Below are positions 26,730-37,585 of a stretch of 64,000 bases of DNA, piece by piece; the stretch's first letter is position 1, and each line of letters opens with the position of its first letter. The notes under the pieces are model-generated. The model was not told the origin of the DNA and searched no databases. It saw nothing but the letters and a program-made list of their open reading frames with translations. The stretch is from Coriobacteriia bacterium (GTDB lineage Bacteria; Actinomycetota; Coriobacteriia; Anaerosomatales; JAAXUF01). The position numbers were made by a program, and so were the translations under genes. The stretch lies in assembly GCA_038249135.1 (NCBI GenBank), contig JBBRWO010000003.1, positions 1,860-65,859 on the forward strand, in the 5' to 3' direction.

Positions 26730-28250
26730 TCAGTATACCAGCAGACTGCGACCCGTCCACTCTTCAGGCTGCGAGATGCCGATCAACTCAAGCAGGGTTG
26801 GTGCCACATCGGCCAACGATCCACCATCTGCAAGCGCGGCAACTCCGTCGCTGACACAAACGAGCGGCACCTCACATAGCGTGTGTGCCGTGAAGGGAGT
26901 GGCTCCGTCGGCCGCGATCATGGACTCCGCGTTTCCGTGATCCGCAGTGATGAGCGCGACGCCGCCGCGTGCCTTGATCGCTGCCACAACATCGCCGACC
27001 GCCGAATCCACGGCTTCCACCGCCTGTACCGCCGCCGAGAACACGCCTGTGTGCCCGACCATGTCGCAGTTCGCGAAGTTGACGATGTACACGTCCGCCT
27101 CATCGGCGGCTATTGCGTCCACGAGGCGCTGGGTTACCCCTGGTGCGCTCATCTGCGGCTGGAGATCGTACGTGGCGATCTTGGGGCTCGGAACCAGTGC
27201 TCGGACCTCTTCTGCCTTGGGTTCTTCGACGCCGCCGTTAAAGAAGAAGGTGACGTGTGCGTACTTCTCGGTCTCCGCGATGTGGAACTGCCGGAGGCCC
27301 TGCTCGGAAAGCACGTCGGCGAGGACGTGCTGCGGGAACTCCTTGGGAAATGCCACGGGCGCAGGGATCGTGGGGTCGTACTCCGTGAGACACACAAAAC
27401 GGACGACGGGTCGGACCGGACGATCGAATCCTTCAAAGGTGGGGTCGGTGAACGCACGGGAGATCTCACGAGCGCGGTCAGGACGGAAGTTGAAGAAGAT
27501 CATCGCGTCGCCATCGCGAACGGCGGCGGGTGCCGTGACCGTCGGGACAACGAACTCGTCGGTGATTCCCGCAGCATACGAGGCCACAACCGCTTCAGCC
27601 GCGCTGGCAGACGGTACGCCCTGACCCAGAACGATCGCGCGCCATGCCTTTTCCACGCGGTCCCAGCGGTTGTCGCGATCCATGGCGTAGAAACGTCCCA
27701 TGACCGATGCGATGCGGCCGATGCCGAGGTCGGACATGATGGCTTCAAGCTGCTCGACGTACCCCAGGCCACTCTTCGGGGGCACGTCTCGGCCATCGAG
27801 GAACGCGTGCACGAACACCTCGGTCGCGCCTCGCGTCTTCGCCATCTCGATCAGGGCGTAGAGGTGCTCCTGATGGCTATGCACTCCCCCATCCGAGAGG
27901 AGGCCCATGAAGTGCACAGCGCGGCCATCGGCCACTGCACCATCGATGGCGTCGGCCAGAACCGGGTTCTTGAGAATCGAGTGGTCCGTAACCGCCAGAT
28001 TGATGCGGGTGAGCTCCTGGTAGACCACTCGGCCGGCTCCCATGTTGAGGTGGCCCACCTCGGAGTTGCCCATCTGGCCCTCCGGCAGGCCGACTGCGAG
28101 GCCAGACGCTTTCAGCCGCGTAACCGGCCACCTCGCGAAAAGCGCGTCGAGGTTGGGTGTTCGAGCAGCAGCAATGGCGTTGCCGGGACCGGGCTCGGCG
28201 ATGCCGAACCCGTCCATGACAACGAGAACTGCCGGAAGGTTCCGTGTCAC
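26730..28250 (-). CDS. gpmI: 2,3-bisphosphoglycerate-independent phosphoglycerate mutase
   Basis: 506 aa. VVMDGFG...GNSEVGHLNMGAGR...TADHGNAE are the iPGM motifs. Confidence 0.93.
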   Translation of the reverse strand: MTRNLPAVLVVMDGFGIAEPGPGNAIAAARTPNLDALFARWPVTRLKASGLAVGLPEGQMGNSEVGHLNMGAGRVVYQELTRINLAVTDHSILKNPVLADAIDGAVADGRAVHFMGLLSDGGVHSHQEHLYALIEMAKTRGATEVFVHAFLDGRDVPPKSGLGYVEQLEAIMSDLGIGRIASVMGRFYAMDRDNRWDRVEKAWRAIVLGQGVPSASAAEAVVASYAAGITDEFVVPTVTAPAAVRDGDAMIFFNFRPDRAREISRAFTDPTFEGFDRPVRPVVRFVCLTEYDPTIPAPVAFPKEFPQHVLADVLSEQGLRQFHIAETEKYAHVTFFFNGGVEEPKAEEVRALVPSPKIATYDLQPQMSAPGVTQRLVDAIAADEADVYIVNFANCDMVGHTGVFSAAVQAVEAVDSAVGDVVAAIKARGGVALITADHGNAESMIAADGATPFTAHTLCEVPLVCVSDGVAALADGGSLADVAPTLLELIGISQPEEWTGRSLLVY

Positions 28251-29035
28251 TCGGCGAACTCCGAAGCGGTCTTGACCATCGAGAAGAATGATTTCGCCTC
28301 GAGCGCGGCCCCGCCGACGAGCGCGCCATCGATGTCGGGCTCCGGCAGGAACAGCATGATGTTCTCGGGTTTGGCCGAGCCGCCGTACAGAACGCGCATC
28401 TGTATCGCGACAGGCTGGCCGAAGAGCGCTCCGAGCGTGGCGCGAATCGAACGGCAGACATCGTTGGCGGCTTCAGGCGTGGGCGTGAGTCCGGTGCCGA
28501 TCGCCCATATCGGCTCGTAGGCGACAACGATAGCTGCAGCCTGCTCGGCGGTGATGCCCTCGAGTGCTCCCCGAATCTGGCCGCGGACGAAGGTGTCGGT
28601 GTCGCCCGCGTCCCTGATCTCGAGCGTCTCCCCGCAGCAGACGATTGGCGTTATCCCGACTGCCAGAAGTGCCTTGACCTTGCGGCTCACGGTCACGTCG
28701 GTCTCACCGAACATCTCACGACGCTCCGAATGGCCCACGATGCAGTAGTCGCAACCGACATCGGCGAGCATCCGCGGTGCGATTTCGCCAGTGAATGCGC
28801 CCTCTGTCTCCCAGTGCACGTTCTGCGCGGCGAGTTTGAGCGCAGAGTGATCGAACTCGATGGCGGTCTGAACCGACTTGAGATCGATGAACGGTGGGCA
28901 CACGACGGCCTCGACCGCCGAGGCGACTTCAGGTGCATCGGCCATCAGGTCATTGACCGCCTGAACGAGTACTACGGCCTCGCCGGGCGTCTTGAACATC
29001 TTCCAGTTGCCGGCGATCATCGGCTTGCGTGCCAT
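28247..29035 (-). CDS. tpiA: triosephosphate isomerase
   Basis: From ATG 29035 (GGGGAG RBS): [14 protein letters not shown]...VGHSERR...[10 protein letters not shown]...YGGS. Confidence 0.93.
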   Translation of the reverse strand: MARKPMIAGNWKMFKTPGEAVVLVQAVNDLMADAPEVASAVEAVVCPPFIDLKSVQTAIEFDHSALKLAAQNVHWETEGAFTGEIAPRMLADVGCDYCIVGHSERREMFGETDVTVSRKVKALLAVGITPIVCCGETLEIRDAGDTDTFVRGQIRGALEGITAEQAAAIVVAYEPIWAIGTGLTPTPEAANDVCRSIRATLGALFGQPVAIQMRVLYGGSAKPENIMLFLPEPDIDGALVGGAALEAKSFFSMVKTASEFAE

Positions 29036-29152
29036 GTAATCGCTCCCCTCTCGCCGCGATTGCGCGGCATGTCGTAGGAATCCGGTCTGTCGATGGGCGC
29101 GCGAACCGCCGGACCGCCTGGTTGAGGCGAACGGCGACATGTGGGCCCAATC

Positions 29153-30340
29153 TTATGCGTCGAGCAGCGCTTCCACGCCAGGCAGAGGCGCCCCCTCAAG
29201 CAGCTTCATACTGGCGCCACCACCCGTGGACACGAAGGTGACACGCTCCTCAAGGCCGAACTTCTTGAGCGCAGCTACGGAATCGCCCCCTCCGATGACC
29301 GAAACCGCGCGATTGTTGCGCGCCACAGCGGCGGCGACCTCGCGGGTTCCCGTCTCGTACGGCTTCATCTCGAACACGCCCATGGGACCGTTCCAGAAGA
29401 TGGTCTTGGCATCCGAGATCGCGCCCTTGAAGAGCTCACCCGATGTCGGGCCGATGTCGAGGCCCATCATGTCCGCGGGAATCTCCTCGCGGCCGACGAT
29501 GCGGATCTCGGCATCCTCGGCGAACGCGTCAGCGACCACAAAGTCGACCGGGAGCATGATGTCGACGCCCTTCTCGGCGGCCTTGATGAGCATCTCCTTG
29601 GCGGGCTCCACCCAGTCCGGCTCGACGATAGAGGTACCGATCTCGAGGCCCTTTGCGCGCAGGAACGTGAACGCCATGCCGCCGCCCACAATCAGCGTGT
29701 CGACGCAGTCGAGTAGCTTGTCGATAACGCCGAACTTGTCCGAGACCTTCGAGCCGCCGAGGATCGCGACGAACGGGTGCTCGGGGTCGGCGAGCATGGC
29801 CGTGAGCGTTTCGACCTCGCGGGCAAGGAGCAGACCGGCGTAGGCCGGCAGAAACTCCGCGACGCCAGCGGTCGATGCGTGCGCGCGATGCGCAGCGCCG
29901 AACGCGTCGTTCACGTACACGTCTGCGAACGCCGCGAGCTGACGCGCGAACGCGGGGTCGTTGGCCTTCTCGCCGGGATTGAACCGCACGTTCTCGAGCA
30001 TCAGGACCTCGCCGTCGACCATGCGCTCCACGGCCTCCGTCGCATCCGGACCCACCGTCTGCGGCACGAAGGTGACGTTTCGGCCGATGAGACGTTGCAG
30101 CGTGCGACGCACGGGACGCAGCGAGTACTGCGGATCAGGCTCGCCTTTGGGACGGCCGAGATGGCTGATGATGATCACCTTCGCGCCACGGTCCATCAGG
30201 TAGCGAAGTGTGGGGAGTGCAGCGCGGACACGAGTGTCGTCGGTCACGGCCCCATCGGCTAGCGGTACGTTGAAATCCACGCGTACGAGTACGCGCTTGC
30301 CTGCGACGTCAGCGTCTTTCACGGTCTTCTTCGAGAACAT
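29153..30340 (-). CDS. pgk: phosphoglycerate kinase
   Basis: KRVLVRVDFNVP...SHLGRPKG...GGGD...STGGGA motifs in 395 aa. Confidence 0.95.
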   Translation of the reverse strand: MFSKKTVKDADVAGKRVLVRVDFNVPLADGAVTDDTRVRAALPTLRYLMDRGAKVIIISHLGRPKGEPDPQYSLRPVRRTLQRLIGRNVTFVPQTVGPDATEAVERMVDGEVLMLENVRFNPGEKANDPAFARQLAAFADVYVNDAFGAAHRAHASTAGVAEFLPAYAGLLLAREVETLTAMLADPEHPFVAILGGSKVSDKFGVIDKLLDCVDTLIVGGGMAFTFLRAKGLEIGTSIVEPDWVEPAKEMLIKAAEKGVDIMLPVDFVVADAFAEDAEIRIVGREEIPADMMGLDIGPTSGELFKGAISDAKTIFWNGPMGVFEMKPYETGTREVAAAVARNNRAVSVIGGGDSVAALKKFGLEERVTFVSTGGGASMKLLEGAPLPGVEALLDA

Positions 30341-30419
30341 GCACTCCTCCGGGCATCTACGCTCGACGGGGCTCCGGGATCTCCGGAGCCCCGTCGGTGG
30401 GTACTGGATGGTCTGCGCG

Positions 30420-31463
30420 CTAGCTCATCATGAGCTTGGCGAGGTCTTTCACGCGATTCGAATAGCCCCACTCGTTGTCGTACCAGGACAGGCACTTCAC
30501 GAACGTGCCCTCTCCGCCCATCACCATAGTCTGGAGCGAGTCGAAGACCGACGATGCAGGGTTGCCCACAACGTCGATGGAGACGATGGGATCCTCGCAG
30601 TACTCGAGGTAGCCCTTCATCGGACCTTCGGCTGCAGCCTTCATCGCCGCATTGATGGTCTCCTTGGTAGCGGGACGCTCAAGCTGGGCGACGAGGTCGA
30701 CGACCGAGCCGTCCGGTGTGGGAACGCGGACCGACATGCCGTCGAGCTTGCCCTTCATGTCCGGCAGCACGAGGCCGATGGCCTTGGCGGCACCGGTGGA
30801 GGTCGGGATCATCGACACCGCGGCGGCACGCGCACGACGGAGGTCCTTGTGCGGCGAGTCGAGGATGATCTGGTCGTTGGTATAGCTGTGGATGGTGTTC
30901 ATGAAGCCCGACTTCAGGCCGAATGTGTCGCGCAGCACCTTGGCGAACGGCGCCAGGCAGTTCGTCGTGCATGAGGCGTTCGAGACGATGAAGTGCTTGT
31001 CGGGATCGTACTGGTCGTCGTTGACGCCCATGACGATGGTGATGTCCTCGTTGCTCGCAGGCGAAGAGATGATGACGCGCTTGGCACCGGCGTCGATGTG
31101 GGCCTTGGCCTTGAGAGCATCGGTGAAGAAGCCGGTGGACTCGACCACGAGGTCGACGCCCAGCTCGCCCCAGGGCAGGTTGGCGGGGTCGCGCTCAGAG
31201 AGCACCTTGACGACGCGCGTGCTGCCCATGGTCTGGCCGCCATGCTCGAGTGCGTGGACTTTGAAGCCATCCTCGACGACCTCGACCTTACGGCTGAACT
31301 TGCCATGGACCGAGTCGTACTTCAGCAGGTGCGCGAGCGTCTTTGAATCAGTCAGGTCGTTTACCGCGACGACTTCGACTGCAGGATCGTTTTCCATGGC
31401 ACGAAACACGAGGCGCCCGATACGTCCGAACCCATTGATACCGACTTTGATAGTCAAGCTCAT
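30420..31463 (-). CDS. gap: type I glyceraldehyde-3-phosphate dehydrogenase
   Basis: [12 protein letters not shown]-binding motif, active site [12 protein letters not shown], and C-terminal WYDNEWGYS. Confidence 0.95.
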   Translation of the reverse strand: MSLTIKVGINGFGRIGRLVFRAMENDPAVEVVAVNDLTDSKTLAHLLKYDSVHGKFSRKVEVVEDGFKVHALEHGGQTMGSTRVVKVLSERDPANLPWGELGVDLVVESTGFFTDALKAKAHIDAGAKRVIISSPASNEDITIVMGVNDDQYDPDKHFIVSNASCTTNCLAPFAKVLRDTFGLKSGFMNTIHSYTNDQIILDSPHKDLRRARAAAVSMIPTSTGAAKAIGLVLPDMKGKLDGMSVRVPTPDGSVVDLVAQLERPATKETINAAMKAAAEGPMKGYLEYCEDPIVSIDVVGNPASSVFDSLQTMVMGGEGTFVKCLSWYDNEWGYSNRVKDLAKLMMS

Positions 31464-31557
31464 CCCTCCTCGGATGCGGCCGCACCGTTGCGGCCATCAC
31501 ACACACGACAGTTATCTCACGCCACGCGAAAGCACTACGCGCCGGCGTCACTACCCG

Positions 31558-32508
31558 TTACCCCGTGGCGGGCCCGCTTTCGGCCGCAAGTTCCGCCGCC
31601 ATCTCTTCGATGCGACGCACCCTATGATACACAGCCGACTTGGTCAGCGGGGGGTCTGCGAGTTCGCCCAGTTCACGAAGGGAAGCCTCAGGATTCGCGA
31701 GCCTAAGCTCCGCCAGTTCCCCGAGTGCAGGAGGCAGGTTCTCGATGCCCCTGGCCGCGAGCAGCGCGTTGATCGCTTCGACTTGGTAGACGGCGGCCTC
31801 AGCGGTCTTCTGCTGATTCGCGATCTCAGCGTTGACCAGACGGTTCACGTCATTACGCATCGATTTGATGATGCGAACGTCTTCTGTGCGGAGCAGTGCG
31901 CGGTGCGCTCCGACAAGGGCCAGGAAGTTCACGATCGGCTCGGCACCCTTGAGGTACACAGCGTAGGTACCGCGACGCTTGGCCAGCCTCGCATCGACCT
32001 CGAACCGAGCCATCAGCTTGACGAGGTCCTCAGCGAGCTGCTCGGTCTCAGCGGTGAGTTCGAAGTGGAAGTCACCATGCGGATCGGCGACGAATCCGCC
32101 ACCAAGGAACGCCCCGCGCAAATAGCTGATAGCGCAGCAGTCCTTCTTGACCAGTTTGGGATCGATTCCGAGTGAGAATCCGTCGTCCCCTACGATGCCC
32201 AGTTCATCGAGAGCCTCGCTGAGATGAGGCTGAGTGGGAACGGTGATCAGGTAGTTGTTGGTCTTGTGCAGCACGCTGCGACGGACCGTGAGTTCAGTCT
32301 TGAGCCCGTATATTCCGTGCAGCAACTTGATGACCGCGCGCGCGACCGGCGCGGTCTCCGTGGCTACCTCGAGGCGATAGCGGTTGGGCCCACTGAAGTA
32401 GAGCGTCCCCTCGATACGCACGAGCGCCGCGAGCTCCGCCTTGCGGCAGCACTGCCGTTTGGGCTCTATGCGAGAGAGCTCATCCTTGACCTCGGCGGTG
32501 AACGACAC
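31558..32508 (-). CDS. whiA: DNA-binding sporulation/cell-division regulator WhiA
   Basis: SFTAEVKDELSRIEPKRQCCRKAELAAL is a degenerate LAGLIDADG scaffold, with a C-terminal HTH (SAVYHRVRRI). GTG 32508 shares one base with the yvcK stop. Confidence 0.92.
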   Translation of the reverse strand: MSFTAEVKDELSRIEPKRQCCRKAELAALVRIEGTLYFSGPNRYRLEVATETAPVARAVIKLLHGIYGLKTELTVRRSVLHKTNNYLITVPTQPHLSEALDELGIVGDDGFSLGIDPKLVKKDCCAISYLRGAFLGGGFVADPHGDFHFELTAETEQLAEDLVKLMARFEVDARLAKRRGTYAVYLKGAEPIVNFLALVGAHRALLRTEDVRIIKSMRNDVNRLVNAEIANQQKTAEAAVYQVEAINALLAARGIENLPPALGELAELRLANPEASLRELGELADPPLTKSAVYHRVRRIEEMAAELAAESGPATG

Positions 32509-33470
32509 TATGCGAGCACCCTTTCGAGGACACGGCACAGCGCTTCACGCGAGTGCCTGACGGGATCGGCGGGGTCGGCGAGGTCCGCTGCAACGACCGT
32601 CGGTCCCAGATCGATGATTCGGGCGCCAATATCGTCGTCGAAAGCGACCGGTTCGACTCGGGCGTCATCATCGCACAGGTGAGCGTGGCATGGCTCGGGT
32701 TCGTGCACGACAACGGTGTCGATTCCACCGGTCAGACCGTGCTCGACGAGCGCGGCCACGTGGTCAGCGGCATCCAGACCGCCGGTCTCGCCGCGCATAT
32801 TGGCTACATTGCACACGTACACGCGCGTGGCCGCTGAGTCGCGGACAGCTCGGGCGATATCTGCGACTAGGAAGTTAGGGATGATGCTGGTGTAGAGCGA
32901 GCCGGGGCCGATGACGATCACGTCGGCGTCACGAAGTGCCTCAAGCACCGGTGGGTAGGCGTCGGGCTCTGATGGCACCAAGTGAACGCAAGCAAGCGGC
33001 TCAGGGTTCACCGCGAGTGTCGCCTGACCCGAAACGTTGGAGCCAGCGCGGTCGGTCCCGTGCAGCGCAACATCTGCCAGCGTGGACGGCAGAACGCGAC
33101 CTCTGACACGCAGGTACTGACCCGCCGTCTCGATGGCCTGCGGAAACGAGCCCGTCAGATCAGCAAGGGCGGCAAGTATCAGGTTGCCCAGCGCGTGACC
33201 GGCGAGACCCTCGCCGTGAGGGAACCGGTACTGGAACACCTGCGCCAGCACACCCTGGTCTTCCTCGGCGAGTGCGACCAGACAGTTTCGGATATCACCG
33301 GGGGGAAGCATGCCGAGCTGCGTGCGCAGCAGCCCCGATGAGCCGCCGTCGTCAGCCATCGTCACCACGGCGGTCGTGTCGAAACCGAGGTCGGCCAGAC
33401 ACCGCAAGACGCTCGGAAGTCCGGTTCCCCCACCTATGGCGACGGCGCTACGCCCTGTACCGATGCTCAC
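32508..33470 (-). CDS. yvcK: gluconeogenesis factor YvcK / CofD-like UPF0052 protein
   Basis: AIGGGTGLPSVLR...GPGSLYTSIIPN motifs, in the conserved position between rapZ and whiA. Confidence 0.9.
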   Translation of the reverse strand: MSIGTGRSAVAIGGGTGLPSVLRCLADLGFDTTAVVTMADDGGSSGLLRTQLGMLPPGDIRNCLVALAEEDQGVLAQVFQYRFPHGEGLAGHALGNLILAALADLTGSFPQAIETAGQYLRVRGRVLPSTLADVALHGTDRAGSNVSGQATLAVNPEPLACVHLVPSEPDAYPPVLEALRDADVIVIGPGSLYTSIIPNFLVADIARAVRDSAATRVYVCNVANMRGETGGLDAADHVAALVEHGLTGGIDTVVVHEPEPCHAHLCDDDARVEPVAFDDDIGARIIDLGPTVVAADLADPADPVRHSREALCRVLERVLA

Positions 33471-34378
33471 GCGCGATCCCTGTCGCGGCCGATATCCCGA
33501 TGGTTCACGGCGACGCGATAACCCGACTCGAGCAGGTAGGCTGCGGTGGTCTCAGCCAGGGCGACGCTGCGATGCTGCCCGCCCGTGCACCCGAGCGCGA
33601 CGGCAAGATGGTGCTTGCCTTCTTGGATGTAGCCGGGAACCACGGTATCGAGCAGCGGCAGCCACCGCTCGAGAAACACGGCGGTCTCAGGCTTCCCGAG
33701 AACGAACTCCCGGACCGGAGCGTCAATCCCGGTGAAGGGGCGAAGCTCTGGGTCGTAGTACGGATTGGGCAGGAAACGGACGTCCATCACGATGTCGGCA
33801 TCGATCGGGACGCCGTACTTGAAGCCGAACGAGGTGACCATGATGAAGAGTGTCTGGACCAGTGACTCCGAGAAGAACCGCTCGCGAATCTGCTCGCGCA
33901 GGGCACGGGGCTTGAGAGAGGTGGTGTCGATAACGACGTCGGCACGTGCCCGGATTGTTCCGAGCGCGCTCCGCTCAGCGCGGATCCCATCGAGGATCGA
34001 TTGACCGTCGTCGCACAGCGGGTGCGGACGACGCGTCTCCTTGAAGCGACCGAGCAGTGTGGAATCATCGGCCTCGAGGAACAACACACGATTGTCGATG
34101 CCGCGATCATCGAGCCGCTTGAGTTCACCGGCAAGCTCGGCAAAGAACCCATGGGCGCGTACGTCACACACGACCGCGAGGCGTCGCACGCGACTGTCGG
34201 GCAGCTCGGCGAGGTCGACCATCTGCGGAATGAAGCTGGGCGGCAGGTTGTCGATGCAGAAGTAGCCCATGTCCTCGAACGTGTGGATGGCCTCGGAGCG
34301 ACCGGCGCCGGACATACCCGTGATCACGACGATCTCAGGATGCGGTGCCCCCTGCTCGGTTGAAACGGCGTCGTTCAA
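33467..34378 (-). CDS. rapZ: RNase adapter / nucleotide-binding protein RapZ (YvcJ)
   Basis: P-loop ITGMSGAGRS, FCIDNLP, and C-terminal GCTGGQHRSV. TTG start with a GGAGGGGG RBS. Confidence 0.92.
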   Translation of the reverse strand: MNDAVSTEQGAPHPEIVVITGMSGAGRSEAIHTFEDMGYFCIDNLPPSFIPQMVDLAELPDSRVRRLAVVCDVRAHGFFAELAGELKRLDDRGIDNRVLFLEADDSTLLGRFKETRRPHPLCDDGQSILDGIRAERSALGTIRARADVVIDTTSLKPRALREQIRERFFSESLVQTLFIMVTSFGFKYGVPIDADIVMDVRFLPNPYYDPELRPFTGIDAPVREFVLGKPETAVFLERWLPLLDTVVPGYIQEGKHHLAVALGCTGGQHRSVALAETTAAYLLESGYRVAVNHRDIGRDRDRA

Positions 34379-34492
34379 CGGGCCCCCTCCGGTGCGGCGT
34401 GACAGTGCGTGGACTTCAGTATACCGCCGAGACTGACACGCGCGACGAGCCTCTACGGCGATTCCATGGCCGTCACCCCCGAGAGCGTCGAA

Positions 34493-37400
34493 TCAGCGCC
34501 AGTGCTCGAATCCATCCCTGAGTCGCCGTTGTGTCTGGGAGAGCATCTGTCGCTGCCGCTCCCACGTCAGCGCGATGACGAGCATCGCAGTGCCGACCAG
34601 GCCGAGAACCAGCCACCACACGCTTGCGAGGTACGTGAACGAGCGCCAGCCGACCACGACCACAAGTGCGCCGGCCGCCCCGAACAGGTAGGCACGCACC
34701 TTGAGAATCACTCCCGCTGCGATTGCAACGAGCGCGAGGCCAACCGCCCACACGAGGTCGCTGAATCCCGCAGCGCCCATCGGAGCGGTAAGCGCGATCA
34801 ACGCCGGCATCCCCACGCCCACTGCAACGGTCGCGATATCGAGCGCAACGGGAACGGTGCGCTCGAAGGCCCTGGATGCGTACAGATAGCCCATGGCAGC
34901 GAGGTAGGCTGCCACAGCCGTCGTGTAGACCTGGAACGTGGTGACATCCCAAGCGGAGAACTCCACGCACGCAGCCACTAGAAGCAGCGCCCATCCCACG
35001 TACGACACGGCCTCGACTTTCCAGAGGTGCGACTGTGTGATGACGTAAGCAGCCGCGATCGTGAAGCACAGGGCGACACCTTGGCGACCAAACTCCGTCC
35101 ATGAGGGCGGCTCGAACATCAGACCGGTCGCCGCCTCTCCGGCGATACTCAATGCAACGAGAAATCCGACGCCGACAAGCCCGGCCAGTGCCACTGCCTG
35201 GCCGACGCGTGCAAGGCGACCGTCACGCCCCGTGACACCGAGCGCCGACGGGAGTCCGAGGCCCCCTGCGGCGACACCGAGAACGATGATCGTGACCCAC
35301 GACGAAGGGCCGATTGCCGAGACACCCGCGACCACAGCGGCGAACCCGACGAGTGCCGCTGCGAACGACAGCCACTGCTCGCGGGTCGAGAATGCTGCGC
35401 CGACCCACGCCAGCGAGGCCAGAGCCAGCGAACCACAGAGCGGCCAATCGGTCGCCCCCATTGCCGCAGCGGTCGTAGCCGCCCCTGCCGCCGCGACCGC
35501 GAACCACTGAGCCTTGGGCGTCCAGCGGTCACGCAGGGCCACACCGACCAACGCGAGCACCGCGCCGGCAGCCGTTGCCGCCAACCCTGCATCCCCCGGA
35601 AGTTCTCGGAAAGCGAAGCCGGCGAGCCCGGCAGCAAGCACACCACCGGCCGCAGCGATCGCCGCAGAGGCCTGCGGGCCTGCCAGCACGGCATCAACCG
35701 TGAAAACCGCCGAGAAGCCGAGCGCGAGTGCCGCCATCGAGCCCGACGACGGGTTGGCCCTGAATGACTCGGCGACCACGCCACCAACCAGTAGTGCGAT
35801 CGCGATGCCACGCATCGTCCAGCCGAACGCCTCAGCAGGAGCTCGGTAGAACCGCTCGACCCGGGCACGTACGGCGAGCCAGGCGGCCGTCACGCCCAGC
35901 AGCACGAGCGCGTACATCGGCGAGGAGAGGTCCGGCAGCAGCCATGCGCAAAGCGCCGCCGCCGCGTACAGCGACCAGAGCGCGGACCCAAACGCTGCGA
36001 AGGGACCGCGGCGAATCAGACAGCTCAGCGCCCAAGCGACCAGTACCCAAGCCGCGAGCATGACGTCTGCCGAAGGGACGGCGATGGCCGTGAGCGGGAC
36101 ACCTGCCCCCACAAGCGGCACGAGAATCGAGGAAAGCACCAGCCCTGCATTCCCGCCGACTCGCAGCACGCCAGAGGTCTCTATCACGCTCGCCGAGGAC
36201 GCCGAATGGTCAACGAACCCGTCGGCCAACCCGTTTGTGAGTCTGTCGGCGAGAACCGAAGCCAGCGTCCACGTGACTGCGAGCCCAGCCAGCACGGCGA
36301 CCCCGACGGGATCGGTCGCGTGGAGCAGTTCGAGCGCGCTGGTTGCAGCAAGCAGCTCCATGCCGAGCGCCGCAATCGCGAAGGGGGTACCCGCGCGGCG
36401 TAGGGCGATCAGCGTATACATCGCGGTCACCAGGACGAGACAGCCGACCCCGAGCCACGACGGCATGCCGGGCTGAAGAAGCATCACAAACAGCGGCAGC
36501 TGGATAGCACCTGCGATCCAGCGAGCGTTGTCACGCTGCAACAGCGTGCTGCGAAGCACGACCCCCGCGCCGGCCAGCGTGACAGTGGCGGCGCTCGCGG
36601 CGCTGACGAGCGAACTCGTCCCGACGGCGAGGGCGTCTGCCGCGATACCCATCGCAGCGCCAACACTCACCACCGGAGCCGCCCACAGAAGCACCTGCGC
36701 GAGCGAGGCGAACGAGTCGTCGTCGTGAGCCCGCTCGGCGACGAGTTGCCACAGCAGCGCAATCACGGCTATTCCCGCGAGCCGCACCGGATTCTCAAGA
36801 TGCAGACCCGCTGCCATCAACCACCACCAGCCCACTTGAGCCGCTGCACCGGCAATGCCATAGAAGCGGTCGCCGAGCCGCACCTCGGTGAGCCAGTACA
36901 CCGCCGAGCACACCAGCAGCGCCACAGCCCACGGGAACGGTCCTTCGAGCCGCCAACCGTCAATGACTATCCAACAGTCGAACAACAGCATCGCCGAAGC
37001 GACCACCGTGAGCGCCACGCTACCCGCCCGGAGGTCGAGTTTGGTGCGAGCGTAATGCCCCGCCGCGTAGAACACCGCCGTCAGCGCGCCGAGAAACGCA
37101 AGGCGCAAACCCGGCCCGGTGGAGCTCCACACCGCGAACGCGAAGATGCCGGACGCCACGATGACCAGAAACGCTCCGAGGAACAGCAGAACCGTCGTCC
37201 AGCTGATCGGTTCGCGAACTCGGGCCGGCATCTGTGAGACTGTCTGCGTCACCGCAGGACCTGGCACCGCGCCACGAGAAGCGTAGTCGCCCGCGGGTGA
37301 CGCCGTGCCGGGAATCCGCGGACTCGTCTCGGCAACCGCTGGTGGCCGGTAGGCTCCCGTGATGATGACGATGAGGTCTTCTCGGCGGGCGAGGTAGCGC

Positions 37401-37585
37401 GGCGCGAGCGCCTCGTAAGACGCCATCGGGACCTCGCCTCGCTCGACCGCGCGTGCGATCTGATCAAGAAAGTAGTCGATGCGTCCGAGTTCGTTCTGCT
37501 CTGCGAGATGCGGCCGCACGTCCCCCACGGGAACCCCCTCGTTCGACAGTGGAATGCGAGTACAGGATACCCTGCCGCGGCTCAC
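34493..37585 (-). CDS. large polytopic membrane protein of unknown function (about 1030 aa, more than 20 hydrophobic segments)
   Basis: A soluble N-terminal region of about 130 aa is followed by near-continuous Ala/Leu/Gly/Val-rich TM-like segments to the C-terminus. I recognise no catalytic motif. GTG 37585 overlaps the uvrC stop (GTGA). Confidence 0.7.
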   Translation of the reverse strand: MSRGRVSCTRIPLSNEGVPVGDVRPHLAEQNELGRIDYFLDQIARAVERGEVPMASYEALAPRYLARREDLIVIITGAYRPPAVAETSPRIPGTASPAGDYASRGAVPGPAVTQTVSQMPARVREPISWTTVLLFLGAFLVIVASGIFAFAVWSSTGPGLRLAFLGALTAVFYAAGHYARTKLDLRAGSVALTVVASAMLLFDCWIVIDGWRLEGPFPWAVALLVCSAVYWLTEVRLGDRFYGIAGAAAQVGWWWLMAAGLHLENPVRLAGIAVIALLWQLVAERAHDDDSFASLAQVLLWAAPVVSVGAAMGIAADALAVGTSSLVSAASAATVTLAGAGVVLRSTLLQRDNARWIAGAIQLPLFVMLLQPGMPSWLGVGCLVLVTAMYTLIALRRAGTPFAIAALGMELLAATSALELLHATDPVGVAVLAGLAVTWTLASVLADRLTNGLADGFVDHSASSASVIETSGVLRVGGNAGLVLSSILVPLVGAGVPLTAIAVPSADVMLAAWVLVAWALSCLIRRGPFAAFGSALWSLYAAAALCAWLLPDLSSPMYALVLLGVTAAWLAVRARVERFYRAPAEAFGWTMRGIAIALLVGGVVAESFRANPSSGSMAALALGFSAVFTVDAVLAGPQASAAIAAAGGVLAAGLAGFAFRELPGDAGLAATAAGAVLALVGVALRDRWTPKAQWFAVAAAGAATTAAAMGATDWPLCGSLALASLAWVGAAFSTREQWLSFAAALVGFAAVVAGVSAIGPSSWVTIIVLGVAAGGLGLPSALGVTGRDGRLARVGQAVALAGLVGVGFLVALSIAGEAATGLMFEPPSWTEFGRQGVALCFTIAAAYVITQSHLWKVEAVSYVGWALLLVAACVEFSAWDVTTFQVYTTAVAAYLAAMGYLYASRAFERTVPVALDIATVAVGVGMPALIALTAPMGAAGFSDLVWAVGLALVAIAAGVILKVRAYLFGAAGALVVVVGWRSFTYLASVWWLVLGLVGTAMLVIALTWERQRQMLSQTQRRLRDGFEHWR

